64,000 bases of DNA from a virus. A program made the position numbers and the translations under genes. Positions 19,015 through 28,532 of the stretch are shown one piece after another; position 1 is the stretch's first letter; every line of letters begins with the position of its first letter. A model generated the notes under the pieces. It searched no databases. It was not told where the DNA came from and saw only the letters and a program-made list of their open reading frames with translations. The stretch is from IMG/VR virus record IMGVR_UViG_3300007539_000013, positions 15,742-79,741 of that record, one strand, 5' to 3'.

Positions 19015-21701
19015 CCTTGATTAATTGTTTGTGTAGTTGATCTCGTATCAATCCCACTAACCTCAAATGTTCTTCCAACTAACTTAACTGGGTTATCTAT
19101 TACCAATGGAAGGTTATCGTCCCAATAATAAATATTCGACCTGTCACTACCTATCTTTGACTTAACATATCCATACTCAGTATATCCAAAATGCTCATAG
19201 GTAGGCTCTACTATAACTTGATCCCTTAGATATGGAGCCTGAATAAGAAGGGGGATCATGTTTTCATCTACTATATCATTTAAAATAACATAGTCTAATC
19301 CACCACCTAGGGTCTGTATTTCCTCTGTGCCCTGTGGTGCAGTATTTGTGCTTATCCTAACTTTTACTGGAGTTGTTCCGTACTTAGAAGATAACTCTAA
19401 CACATAAGATCTTATTTCTTTATCAGAAAAAGAATCACCAAAATCTATCAATCCGCTCTTGATCGCAGACCGATAACCATAACCAATTCTGTTATATATT
19501 CTGTACGGTTTGGTCTCACCCCTCTTTGGAGGGCCATAACCATACCTCACGATACAACCCCCATACCTTGCGTCTTCTCGGTAATCAGACCCAATATACA
19601 AACTTGTATTATCCCAAGCCTGATGAACTGCCATTAGAAACCATAACTCATCCGGGCCGACTCTGTTGTATTTTGGTCTCCTGATGGTAAAGCAAGAGGT
19701 AAATGAGGCATCTATCTGTGATAATGTTTCATTTACATAATCATACGCAATAACTCCCCAATTTATTACAGGATTGTTAGTTTGCTCACCAAACTCATCG
19801 ACATAGTTTCCTGCAGAATCCTCCTTATAGCCAATAGGGCAATTTATAAATATCTCCCTAGTTACTGGATTATCCACAGCATATACAAATTCCGATAACT
19901 CCGGAGGAACCATTTGCCAGAAAGGCGGGCCAAGCTCAAACTTATCAACAACCTTTGGCTCTACGGAAGATCTATTAATTACATAAACTCCGCTATTTCC
20001 CATAAACAAGTGCTGGTTCCCGCCAAGATTTATTATTGTGTGGCGAAAATCAGGAACCCTGCCCCCTTGGTATCGTGGATCGACAGCAAAAGGAGTGTAA
20101 GGCGAATTTGTAGTGGTTACAAAATAGAAGCCCGTATCCCTATAAACAACGAGCTTGTCTGCTAGTTCTTTTATTTTTGTCACCCTGGATCCATCTTGGA
20201 CAAGCTCATAAAATGCCGCTGGCTTCTTTATTTGCTCTACATAAGGTCGGATAACCACTCGATACTTTCCGTCAATCAACGGCTGCCCTGTAGTGGGATC
20301 AAGTAATACTACATTAGATTGATTCTTATCAATTAAAGTTCCAGAAGAACTAATAAATATACCTGAAGATAATGACCCTATGGATGTAATCATCTGGGTA
20401 ATGATTTCAGCCTCAGTAAATCCTTTATTTACCGTATCCAACTCATCTCGCACTCCATACTTGGCAACTAAAGAATTAATCGCAGAGCTTCTTTCTGTAG
20501 ATGCAAAGTTCTCATTATCATACTTAATTGCACTAATTGACTCATAGGATGAGTCACTTGAGGGCGTGAAGTAAATAGACATGTGGTCTACATCCCCATA
20601 GTTGCCATTGAAAAATGTACGATATAATGAACCTGGCTCATCAATAGGAAAATTATAATCCTGCACGAATGTGTAGGTTCCATTTGATATAAATAAGTCA
20701 CCTGGTAAACCCCCGCCTTCGGGAATCATGGTGTTGGTTGTTGGGTCTATTACGCCTGTATTAAATAGCTTTGGGTCGGCTTCAGAAGAATAGATTATTC
20801 GATATTGAAATCTTTGTGTCTGCACGGATGCGGCCGGCATATCGGTGTTATAGCCTAAATCAGCCCAATCCTCGCCTTCATCGACATCGGGAATTATTTT
20901 TCCGTATGGGTTAGTGGCATACTTGAACCAATTATCATACCCTGAGGATATTAGTGTTAAATCTCCACATACTAATCTGTCCTGAAATTTACCTATTGTT
21001 CCAACGGAAACTACCCCATTTTCTCGTAATCCATACAGGGGAACTACATAACTCCATTCGCTTTTGTAGATTACAGGTAAATCGATTCCATTATTAATTA
21101 TTAAATGGTTTTGAATCTCAATAAATTCCCATCTGTATGCACCACCCTCAAATGGGTCTTTGTATGTGCCATCCGACTCCTTTGAGTCCATGTGATAATT
21201 TATCACATTTCTTGTTGGGTGCATTATTGGTTGCCAAGTAAAGTCATCAGCATCGTTACTAAAATAGTCTACATCCCTTAATGTCTCGGGTGCATCAAGC
21301 CCATCTTCTGTTGCGTATTCCTGCACTGGAGATGTGTTTAGAATATCACTTGAATCAATAGCGTACCTTCTGTCTCCAGATAATAGCTTATAGATAGTAC
21401 CTCCCGCAATCGCTATAAGGACAGGAGTTCCATCAGTTCCCGTAAATTGATACATGCCCCGTATAGGATAATCAGAATTCAAGGCATCATCATTTCCGGT
21501 GGGATTAAATAAGTCCCATCCTTCCCTTCTTAGCTCACCATCAGTTTCCCTTCTAAAATTTAGCTTCTGCGTGTAATTAGCAGATGAAGTAAGGTAATTT
21601 GTGGCTTGAGATAAAGGAACATCATCAGACGCAGAACCAACTAACTGGCCACCCTGTGATGGGTGAATAGTTATATTTTTATATCTTTTTTTTGCCATCA
21701 A
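19011..21701 (-). CDS. Probable tail nozzle / packaged-DNA stabilisation protein
   Basis: 896 aa beta-rich; NFRRETDGELRREGW N-terminus, FQDRLVCG, IKSGLIDFGD...KEIR; position after the adaptor. Confidence 0.6.
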   Translation of the reverse strand: MMAKKRYKNITIHPSQGGQLVGSASDDVPLSQATNYLTSSANYTQKLNFRRETDGELRREGWDLFNPTGNDDALNSDYPIRGMYQFTGTDGTPVLIAIAGGTIYKLLSGDRRYAIDSSDILNTSPVQEYATEDGLDAPETLRDVDYFSNDADDFTWQPIMHPTRNVINYHMDSKESDGTYKDPFEGGAYRWEFIEIQNHLIINNGIDLPVIYKSEWSYVVPLYGLRENGVVSVGTIGKFQDRLVCGDLTLISSGYDNWFKYATNPYGKIIPDVDEGEDWADLGYNTDMPAASVQTQRFQYRIIYSSEADPKLFNTGVIDPTTNTMIPEGGGLPGDLFISNGTYTFVQDYNFPIDEPGSLYRTFFNGNYGDVDHMSIYFTPSSDSSYESISAIKYDNENFASTERSSAINSLVAKYGVRDELDTVNKGFTEAEIITQMITSIGSLSSGIFISSSGTLIDKNQSNVVLLDPTTGQPLIDGKYRVVIRPYVEQIKKPAAFYELVQDGSRVTKIKELADKLVVYRDTGFYFVTTTNSPYTPFAVDPRYQGGRVPDFRHTIINLGGNQHLFMGNSGVYVINRSSVEPKVVDKFELGPPFWQMVPPELSEFVYAVDNPVTREIFINCPIGYKEDSAGNYVDEFGEQTNNPVINWGVIAYDYVNETLSQIDASFTSCFTIRRPKYNRVGPDELWFLMAVHQAWDNTSLYIGSDYREDARYGGCIVRYGYGPPKRGETKPYRIYNRIGYGYRSAIKSGLIDFGDSFSDKEIRSYVLELSSKYGTTPVKVRISTNTAPQGTEEIQTLGGGLDYVILNDIVDENMIPLLIQAPYLRDQVIVEPTYEHFGYTEYGYVKSKIGSDRSNIYYWDDNLPLVIDNPVKLVGRTFEVSGIDTRSTTQTINQG

Positions 21702-24070
21702 TTAGAATAGAGGTCTTCAGTAAACGCTATTGTTTTTATCGTACCAGCCACATCTACCTTCCAATTATCTGAGGCTTCATCAAAGTAAATTTTTGTATTT
21801 GCTGTGTCTCCACGCTCAACCTCTATACCTGATTTTAATGTGGCTGCAGGAGTACCTGTCTGATTTTTATTAAGAACAACTATATTATCCTCAATTACAA
21901 GGTTGGTGGTATCAATAGTTGTGGTTGTTCCATTGATCGTAAGGTTACCGCTAGCAGTTATATCACCATTTACAGTAAGGTCCTGAGTCGCATTAGTTGC
22001 TCCAATAGTTACACCAGCTCCCGTAAATGTACCCCCCGATGTAGATGTAATCCCGGCCGTTGAGGTGGAACCCGTGGTGGTAGTATCGCCATTTACGGTA
22101 AGGTTCTGAGTCGAATTAGCCGTACCTATAGTTACCCCTGCCCCCGTAAACGTGCCCCCACTTGTAGATGTTACGCCAGCAGTTGATGTGGAACCCTTAA
22201 CCGTAAGGTTTTGATTAGCTGAGTCTGTCCCTATAGTTACCCCTGCCCCAGTAAATGTGCCTCCTGAGGTAGAACTAATCCCAACCGTAGAGGTGGAACC
22301 AGTAGTAGTTACATTCCCATTAGTTGTAAGATTTTGGTTCGCACTAGCCGTACCTATGGTTACTCCTGATCCAGTAAAAGTACCTCCACTGGTAGAACTA
22401 ATTCCAACGGTGGATGTAGTCCCGGTAGTAGTAACGTTTCCGTTGGTGGTAAGATTTTGATTACTGGAAGCTGTTCCTATAGTTACTCCTGCACCAGTGA
22501 AAGTACCTCCACTTGTAGATGTCAGTCCAACCGTAGTGGTGGAGCCAGCTATATTGGTAGTTCCCGCAATAGATAGATTGTTTGTATTTATATTCGTAAC
22601 AGAGGTAGCTCCATCTACTTCAAATAAATTAGTAGTGGTTGACCCACCTGTTACAAAAAGATTGGTGGTATTGACCGTGGTACTTGTATTAGTACTTGTT
22701 GAGTCTACAGTAAAATATGTATTTCCACTTGCGTCTTTTACTTCAAGTTTTGGAGTCTCAATCTCGGTAGTACTACCAGGTGTTCCGTCATTGAATACCT
22801 TACTGGCAACTACTTGCCTCCAGTCTGTTCCTCCGAATTTAAAATATACTCCTGTGTTATCGAAAGCTATGTCACCGATTGCACCACCTGAATCAGTTGG
22901 ATCGGTTGGCTTATACTCATACCTATGGGCGTCATAGTTTTCCTCAATCTTTGTCTGTGTTTCTGCTTTTGTGTAGAAATTTTGAGTTACCTGACTGATT
23001 ATTCCATGCGGGTCGGTAGCAGCTATATGAGAATCTAGCAGACTATTTACATCTATATTAGGAACATTACCTAAACCTACTTGTGACTTGGTCACCGCAT
23101 GAGGGTTGCTTGCGTCTGCAATATGCGTGCTTAAGGCTCCATCCAAATCCCCCGATGGAATGGTTGGGGCATCAGGGTGGGTAAAGATTTCAGCTACTGT
23201 TAAGTTTTCTACATTACCTAGTCCAACCTGTGCTTTTGTTACACTATGTGGATTATCAGTTTTGCCTGAGTGATCTTGTATCTGTAGGTTGGTTTGTGCC
23301 TGCGTGTACTTATCTAAGTCTGTAATATCTGCCTCAAGATGAGTATGCTCTTTAGGTTCTACATTGGCTAATAAACCATCGACCGACGCTTTATTATAAT
23401 ACTGATTTAAGTCTAAATCAGATATGTCGGCTACCGTATGGCCATGCACTGAATCAGCTTTCGATGCCAGATCACTCGTGGTGGCATAATTAGAAGCATC
23501 TGTTTCCAGTGTGGACACTCTACCAACGAGAGCCCCGTAGTCATCTAGGTGCGAAGAATCAACTCCATCTATTGCATCTATAGCACTACTTAAAACAGAT
23601 ATTTGATTATCTACATAAGTCTTATCTGTTTTTAAGTTTAAAGCATCCTGTAACCCATCTACATTAGTAATCGAATGGGAATGGTTTGTGAGGGCAAATC
23701 CTGATATAGAAGACTCTAGGCTAGATATTTCTGACTCCAGGGATGTTATCTGGGAAACAAATGCTTTATTACCTAGCTCTGCATTGAGTGTTGCAATCTG
23801 AGAATCAATATCAGTTTTAGTATAGTAGTCAGATAAGTATTCAGTCGATGCACCCTCAAGCTCAGTAACTCTTGCGTCTATTGAACTTATGGAATCATTT
23901 AGAATTTTGCCTGCATTTGCGGTGAGCGCATCTGTTGTGGATGTACTTAAAAAGTTATCCACCAAATCCTCTTCAAGCACCAGTACGCTGTCAATTAAGT
24001 CAGCGAACTGCGCCTCTGTTGGAGTCGACCCGGTTAAAAAATATGTCTTTAAGGTTGTCCTACTGCTCAT
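21698..24070 (-). CDS. Long tail fibre protein
   Basis: HxHxxxDIxDL repeats, NPHxVTKxQVGLGNV repeats, ~40-aa TSGGTFTGAGVTIG repeats, GIEVERGD C-terminus. Confidence 0.85.
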   Translation of the reverse strand: MSSRTTLKTYFLTGSTPTEAQFADLIDSVLVLEEDLVDNFLSTSTTDALTANAGKILNDSISSIDARVTELEGASTEYLSDYYTKTDIDSQIATLNAELGNKAFVSQITSLESEISSLESSISGFALTNHSHSITNVDGLQDALNLKTDKTYVDNQISVLSSAIDAIDGVDSSHLDDYGALVGRVSTLETDASNYATTSDLASKADSVHGHTVADISDLDLNQYYNKASVDGLLANVEPKEHTHLEADITDLDKYTQAQTNLQIQDHSGKTDNPHSVTKAQVGLGNVENLTVAEIFTHPDAPTIPSGDLDGALSTHIADASNPHAVTKSQVGLGNVPNIDVNSLLDSHIAATDPHGIISQVTQNFYTKAETQTKIEENYDAHRYEYKPTDPTDSGGAIGDIAFDNTGVYFKFGGTDWRQVVASKVFNDGTPGSTTEIETPKLEVKDASGNTYFTVDSTSTNTSTTVNTTNLFVTGGSTTTNLFEVDGATSVTNINTNNLSIAGTTNIAGSTTTVGLTSTSGGTFTGAGVTIGTASSNQNLTTNGNVTTTGTTSTVGISSTSGGTFTGSGVTIGTASANQNLTTNGNVTTTGSTSTVGISSTSGGTFTGAGVTIGTDSANQNLTVKGSTSTAGVTSTSGGTFTGAGVTIGTANSTQNLTVNGDTTTTGSTSTAGITSTSGGTFTGAGVTIGATNATQDLTVNGDITASGNLTINGTTTTIDTTNLVIEDNIVVLNKNQTGTPAATLKSGIEVERGDTANTKIYFDEASDNWKVDVAGTIKTIAFTEDLYSN
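21955..22545. repeat. Five ~40-aa Thr/Gly-rich coding repeats
   Basis: STSGGTFTG(A/S)GVTIG...QNLT occurs five times. Confidence 0.85.
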
Positions 24071-24834
24071 CCTACTACAAATCCTCCTCCTCCGACACCA
24101 CTGCTGATTATTTGCTCAACAGAGGAGCTTTGGTATTCTTTTTCATTTAAATATATTTGAGCCCGTGCCTTTTGATACATTTGCATGTATGATGCGTACT
24201 GGGTCAAATCATTGTCCACCTCCCTAGCTAAATGTGACTTAACATAATCTGAGACTGCTTTAGCAACCATGTCGTCAAAAACAACAGGCACATTCTTTTC
24301 TGTTTCAGTTGCTCTAAAAACAGGAATGTAATGGTTTTCCCCTTCGAAATATATATACATTGCCTCGTCATCACGAAGCTTTGGAGCTAACCAAAACCTA
24401 TCGGGGCCGAAGGTTATTCTTCCTGGTATTGTTGTTGTTCTTTCTGCAACACCTCCATCTATTAGATTAAACCTTTGCTCCCAAGGGATTGTTCTAGGGT
24501 AAAAGTACCTTGAGACCGATTGTTCGTTTTCCTCGGTTGGTATCCTTCTTATTACAACCTGCTTTATTCTTGTTTTAGCGGTTATGAATTCGCCTTGATG
24601 AACATCAACATCTTCCGAGTTGACTGAAGACAAGTCCGATGGATCAGGCTCAACAAGCGTAGATGGAGAGTAGTACTTAAATTGATTAGCGCGAATACCA
24701 GGTACATATCGTTGCATGTCAATAGATCCCGCAACAATCATTCTATCTATATACTCCTGAACACCCTTGCCCTTTCTTTGGCTATCCACCAAAAGGTAAG
24801 TTCTTACAATTTCGTTAAATTCTGCCCAAGTCAT
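24067..24834 (-). CDS. Probable head-tail adaptor protein
   Basis: MTWAEFNEIVRTYL N-terminal helix and C-terminal helical pair typical of adaptors; gene position. Confidence 0.55.
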   Translation of the reverse strand: MTWAEFNEIVRTYLLVDSQRKGKGVQEYIDRMIVAGSIDMQRYVPGIRANQFKYYSPSTLVEPDPSDLSSVNSEDVDVHQGEFITAKTRIKQVVIRRIPTEENEQSVSRYFYPRTIPWEQRFNLIDGGVAERTTTIPGRITFGPDRFWLAPKLRDDEAMYIYFEGENHYIPVFRATETEKNVPVVFDDMVAKAVSDYVKSHLAREVDNDLTQYASYMQMYQKARAQIYLNEKEYQSSSVEQIISSGVGGGGFVVG

Positions 24835-25295
24835 TTCCTGCCTCCGGGAGTGAAATAAAATCCTAAAATCATCGGGCTCAACAAAACCACAAAGTACAAA
24901 CTTAAATGTCCTGTTGTAACCACAACGGGCGACTGTTTAGCAGGGAACGAGAATAATCCAAATAAAAACTCGGTTGCTCCTTCTCCTGTTGGGTTTGTGA
25001 GGGTGATGATTTCTGCACTGGGGAAGAGGGTGCAGAGGATGACAACGCAGGACAAGGTGCCGCATAATATGAGGCTGAGCAGCCTCCTAGTAGCACGAGT
25101 GAACATACCGCCTTCACCGCTGTTAAGTTGCTCTTGAAATTTAAGTGCGAATTCATTGCCCCTTGCCTCCCTTGCTAGTTCTAGTTCAAATTTCTGCTGA
25201 CGGGAGTCATTGATCGCACCAAATACCCCTTTTAGTACAGACCCCAGAGCTGCGCTCCCGCCAGCAGTGAAAAACATTGTTACCAGTTCGAACAT
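24831..25295 (-). CDS. Membrane protein, putative holin
   Basis: N-terminal amphipathic helix, TRRLLSL, two hydrophobic helices, GFYF near the C-terminus. Confidence 0.55.
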   Translation of the reverse strand: MFELVTMFFTAGGSAALGSVLKGVFGAINDSRQQKFELELAREARGNEFALKFQEQLNSGEGGMFTRATRRLLSLILCGTLSCVVILCTLFPSAEIITLTNPTGEGATEFLFGLFSFPAKQSPVVVTTGHLSLYFVVLLSPMILGFYFTPGGRK

Positions 25296-25298
25296 CCC

Positions 25299-25322
25299 TG
25301 TTACATTATAATTCGTGTGACA
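25299..25322 (-). promoter_or_regulatory. 24-bp bipartite motif copy
   Basis: TGTCACACGAATTATAATGTAACA (minus), 3 nt before ATG 25295. Confidence 0.75.
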
Positions 25323-25523
25323 CTAACTGTCCAACTCATTCACCTTCGCGACAAGCTCATTTATCTTACCTCGCAAAAGCTCGAAGTTATTATCAACTTG
25401 CTCAAATGTCAGGGGCTGGTCTTCTCCAGCTGCGTTTTCATTATCTTTGCGAAGAAAAACACGCTTGTCTGCAATAGAGTCAGCGTAATCATCTCCATTC
25501 GATCCTAATGTCTCAATAGCCAT
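25323..25523 (-). CDS. Small virion protein with fibre-type N-terminal motif
   Basis: PLTFEQVDNNFELLR, matching PLSHQDVDDNFELLR of the 9345-10559 fibre. Confidence 0.65.
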   Translation of the reverse strand: MAIETLGSNGDDYADSIADKRVFLRKDNENAAGEDQPLTFEQVDNNFELLRGKINELVAKVNELDS

Positions 25524-26307
25524 ATTCTGTCCTTGTAGTTGAAAATAATTGTTCAGCGCCTAGTTGTGTTAGTTCCGATAGATGAATAGTCATCTCACTA
25601 AAGTCTCCCTTGTAGAATCTGCTTTCATGCTTACCCACATAAAAGTTTGTAAATGATGTAGTTAGTGTGGGCATGGATTTATAACCAACCTGGTCGGATG
25701 CCCTTACGGATATTTTATAAGTCAACTCTTCGGTATCATAACCCGACTTACACTGAGTTACTCCGGTTCCTTGTTCACTTATTGCCCCTATATTGCTATC
25801 GAAAGTAAACCTTGATGTAAGGGAACTAGGCTCAATAGTTACTGGATGTGATCCCTCTATGCCAATCAGCGGTCTTGGCACATCAGTGCCCTCACCCACT
25901 ACTGTTATTGTGAAATCTTGATCTATGGAATTTAGTAAATTCGTATCAAGCTCCATGTATTCGTTTAAATTGAATATTGCTTTGTAAACCACCTCCCCTG
26001 AGGAGTTCGCAGAAAGACCTAATTTTGGCGCTAAATTTTGGTTCGATTGTACAAGATCCTGTACAGGTACTCCGTCCTTCGCCTTCTGGTCGTATACCCT
26101 AATTACATAAACATCCTCAGAAAGATTGGGGGTATTGGATGGATAATCAAACTCCCCTCCACTTGCCTGCTTATAACGAAAGTATTCTCCGTTATATAAC
26201 TTCCTGAGTTTTCTATTTAAAGAATACGCGCATAGAGCTGGGTACGCATCAGCAGGAAGCCGTGCGGTGGACACATCCCCTTGTACGCCACCATGATGTA
26301 CGATCAT
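25513..26307 (-). CDS. Concanavalin-A/LamG-like virion protein
   Basis: AYSLNRKL...VIRVYDQ...YKGDFSEMTI. Confidence 0.6.
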   Translation of the reverse strand: MIVHHGGVQGDVSTARLPADAYPALCAYSLNRKLRKLYNGEYFRYKQASGGEFDYPSNTPNLSEDVYVIRVYDQKAKDGVPVQDLVQSNQNLAPKLGLSANSSGEVVYKAIFNLNEYMELDTNLLNSIDQDFTITVVGEGTDVPRPLIGIEGSHPVTIEPSSLTSRFTFDSNIGAISEQGTGVTQCKSGYDTEELTYKISVRASDQVGYKSMPTLTTSFTNFYVGKHESRFYKGDFSEMTIHLSELTQLGAEQLFSTTRTEYGY

Positions 26308-27080
26308 ACCAAGTCACCGATTCCATACCATGCTGAGCCATCCCAATATATAGTACATGAAGAATACTGTTCTCCTAGTACTGTTCCTCTGGCGTTTGTT
26401 AGGTTTGGGAATTCTACGGTCTTTCCTGCTAGTAGATTGTTTACTGTAAAGGCAACTCCTGTATGCGTGGAGTCTAATCCCGTGGGTAAGGTGATGTCTA
26501 TTTTTGCTCCCGCGGGAGAGCATTGGTATATGTAACCCGTCTCGGCTACATCGAAAGTAAAGTTTGCGGTCTTTTGCGATACGGGGATCTTTGTGTTCGC
26601 GAATCCTTGTACTGTATCCGCAGTAACTGTACCTACAACTCTTAGGTCAGCCCCTACATCCAAATCATTTGGGATGGACATATCCTGTCCACCCATAGAT
26701 GTACTGCCAACGGTTAATCCACCCTCAATAGTAACATCTTCATAGAATGTCGCACTATCTGCATAAACATCGTAATTATGGACAGCAGATGGAATTCTTA
26801 GAGTATTATACTCAGATATACTTAAATCTACATAAGGTCTTACGCGATTACCGTTTAATAAGCCCTCCCAGTACTCCGACGAAGGGTAAACTAATATATC
26901 AGTAACCCATGGACTAAATCCATCAGTTGGATCACCACCATCTATATTATTTAAATTATGATCCGCACCTAGAACATGTAAGGGATAGGAGGATGGATCA
27001 GGGGCTTGATTGTCAGCCCCCTCTACAAAACTAATCCATTGCGGGTGGGTTACATTGGCTGGACTTATATCGGAAATCAT
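26304..27080 (-). CDS. Virion/tail protein
   Basis: ITLP...YSSCTIYWDGSAWYGIGDL C-terminal fibre-type domain. Confidence 0.6.
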   Translation of the reverse strand: MISDISPANVTHPQWISFVEGADNQAPDPSSYPLHVLGADHNLNNIDGGDPTDGFSPWVTDILVYPSSEYWEGLLNGNRVRPYVDLSISEYNTLRIPSAVHNYDVYADSATFYEDVTIEGGLTVGSTSMGGQDMSIPNDLDVGADLRVVGTVTADTVQGFANTKIPVSQKTANFTFDVAETGYIYQCSPAGAKIDITLPTGLDSTHTGVAFTVNNLLAGKTVEFPNLTNARGTVLGEQYSSCTIYWDGSAWYGIGDLV

Positions 27081-27943
27081 ACTGCATAAAACCCACTAAG
27101 TGAAATATTGTCGGCAGTATCAGAATAGTTCATTGCGTCACTACCAAGGTTTATTACCTCGTACTCTGATATATTGTCATAACAAGGAAATGTAACTGAA
27201 GATGTACTAAACAAAAGCTCATGCGAGTAATTTACCTTCTGCTGGTAAATAATTGGGTCTACAGTTATCGCAGTACTAGACTCAATAGATACAACCGAGT
27301 CCTGCATATTATTTGTCCCAAACTCCCCATTTAATGCAGAAGATATAGTCTCCCTACCGCTTGGCCCCTCAAGAAATGTATCTGAGTTTCCATCAGTTTT
27401 ATGCAACCGAAAGATTACTCGGTACTCTGTATTTTTTTGCGTATTAGACTCATTCGCACTTAAAGAGGCAGCGGGAGATCCCGTTTCAATTCTGCTCTCG
27501 TCATCCCATACATTTATTTTTATCGAATACTCAGAATTCCCTGGTGTTACAAATGTGACCTCAACTTCAGAACCATCATTCATCTGCTCAGCTGTCAAAG
27601 CAGTGTACTTTAGTCCATTTATCTCAGCACCTCTTGATCCTTCTAGGTTTTGTCCAGATTCAATAGTGCCTGACCCACTCCAGTTGGAAAAAGAAGTATC
27701 CTCAAACCTATCTATTACTATCTTTTTGTGCCTTCTGCGGATCCCTACAATTTTGCCAGTGTAATTATTTATACGAAAGGTGCGTGCTTTGGCGTAAGGA
27801 ATAGTGGTGTAATTCTCAGCAGTAGTTACGGCAAATGTGCCAAAGTCCTGCGGGCGTGAAGTGACTACAAGTCGGTTATTATCAACTCCGGCATAACTGC
27901 CATCTGTATTTGCCCCTACATCGTTATAGTTTATTGTATTCAC
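27077..27943 (-). CDS. Hypothetical beta-rich virion protein
   Basis: 288 aa, coupled to neighbours. Confidence 0.55.
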   Translation of the reverse strand: MNTINYNDVGANTDGSYAGVDNNRLVVTSRPQDFGTFAVTTAENYTTIPYAKARTFRINNYTGKIVGIRRRHKKIVIDRFEDTSFSNWSGSGTIESGQNLEGSRGAEINGLKYTALTAEQMNDGSEVEVTFVTPGNSEYSIKINVWDDESRIETGSPAASLSANESNTQKNTEYRVIFRLHKTDGNSDTFLEGPSGRETISSALNGEFGTNNMQDSVVSIESSTAITVDPIIYQQKVNYSHELLFSTSSVTFPCYDNISEYEVINLGSDAMNYSDTADNISLSGFYAV

Positions 27944-28101
27944 TCTTCCTTATCCCCTTTCCCCTTTACCTTATGGTAAATACTAACACCCATATGAACA
28001 GCCGTCAACAATGCGCAGATTGTAGCAGCAACTAAGTGTATAGTGTCTAAAGTAAAACTAAAAATAGTTCCCAGAACTCCCACAAATGATGTCCTGTCCA
28101 T
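27940..28101 (-). CDS. 53-aa membrane protein, holin-like (below ORF-track cutoff)
   Basis: MDRTSFVGVLGTIFSFTLDTIHLVAATICALLTAVHMGVSIYHKVKGKGDKEE; fills the gap exactly with overlaps at both ends. Confidence 0.6.
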   Translation of the reverse strand: MDRTSFVGVLGTIFSFTLDTIHLVAATICALLTAVHMGVSIYHKVKGKGDKEE

Positions 28102-28466
28102 TAGTCTATGTCGGAAAGCGGATTATCAACTACCACTTCCCCTACGGTTACAAGATCGGATGCACTAACGGAGGGCGATGTTTGAGCGACCTCCTCTTTT
28201 TTTGCATACACTGCATTCGGATCCTTTAGTGGGTCTTGATACACTGTACGAAGTTGAGTTGTACTGGTTACCACCGATACTTTTTTTTTAAAATCTTCGT
28301 AGGTCTCCTCACTGATTTCTTGAACCAGGTCTCCGTGTGCCTTCTTTAAAATTTTTGCATCTTTAGCAGAACAAGCAAGTATGCCCTTTTTTAAAACACC
28401 GATCTCAACTTCTATAAAAGGCAATCCATACTTTTGGTTAGCAGTAGCTAATAAAAAATACTTCAT
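28101..28466 (-). CDS. Hypothetical protein
   Basis: 121 aa, downstream of the capsid gene. Confidence 0.6.
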   Translation of the reverse strand: MKYFLLATANQKYGLPFIEVEIGVLKKGILACSAKDAKILKKAHGDLVQEISEETYEDFKKKVSVVTSTTQLRTVYQDPLKDPNAVYAKKEEVAQTSPSVSASDLVTVGEVVVDNPLSDID

Positions 28467-28467
28467 A

Positions 28468-28516
28468 TAAAAGAAAACCCTACCCCCCTAGCCCGCTAAG
28501 CAGTTTCGGGGGGTAG
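28468..28516 (-). terminator. Intrinsic terminator after major capsid gene
   Basis: CTACCCCCC/GGGGGGTAG stem followed on the minus strand by TTTTCTTTT. Confidence 0.75.
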
Positions 28517-28532
28517 AGCTTCAGATTAAGAG

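Noticed and set aside
9345-24070. Diversity-generating retroelement acting on tail fibres
   Set aside because: No reverse transcriptase and no adenine-specific TR/VR pair; the repeats are in-frame tandem duplications.
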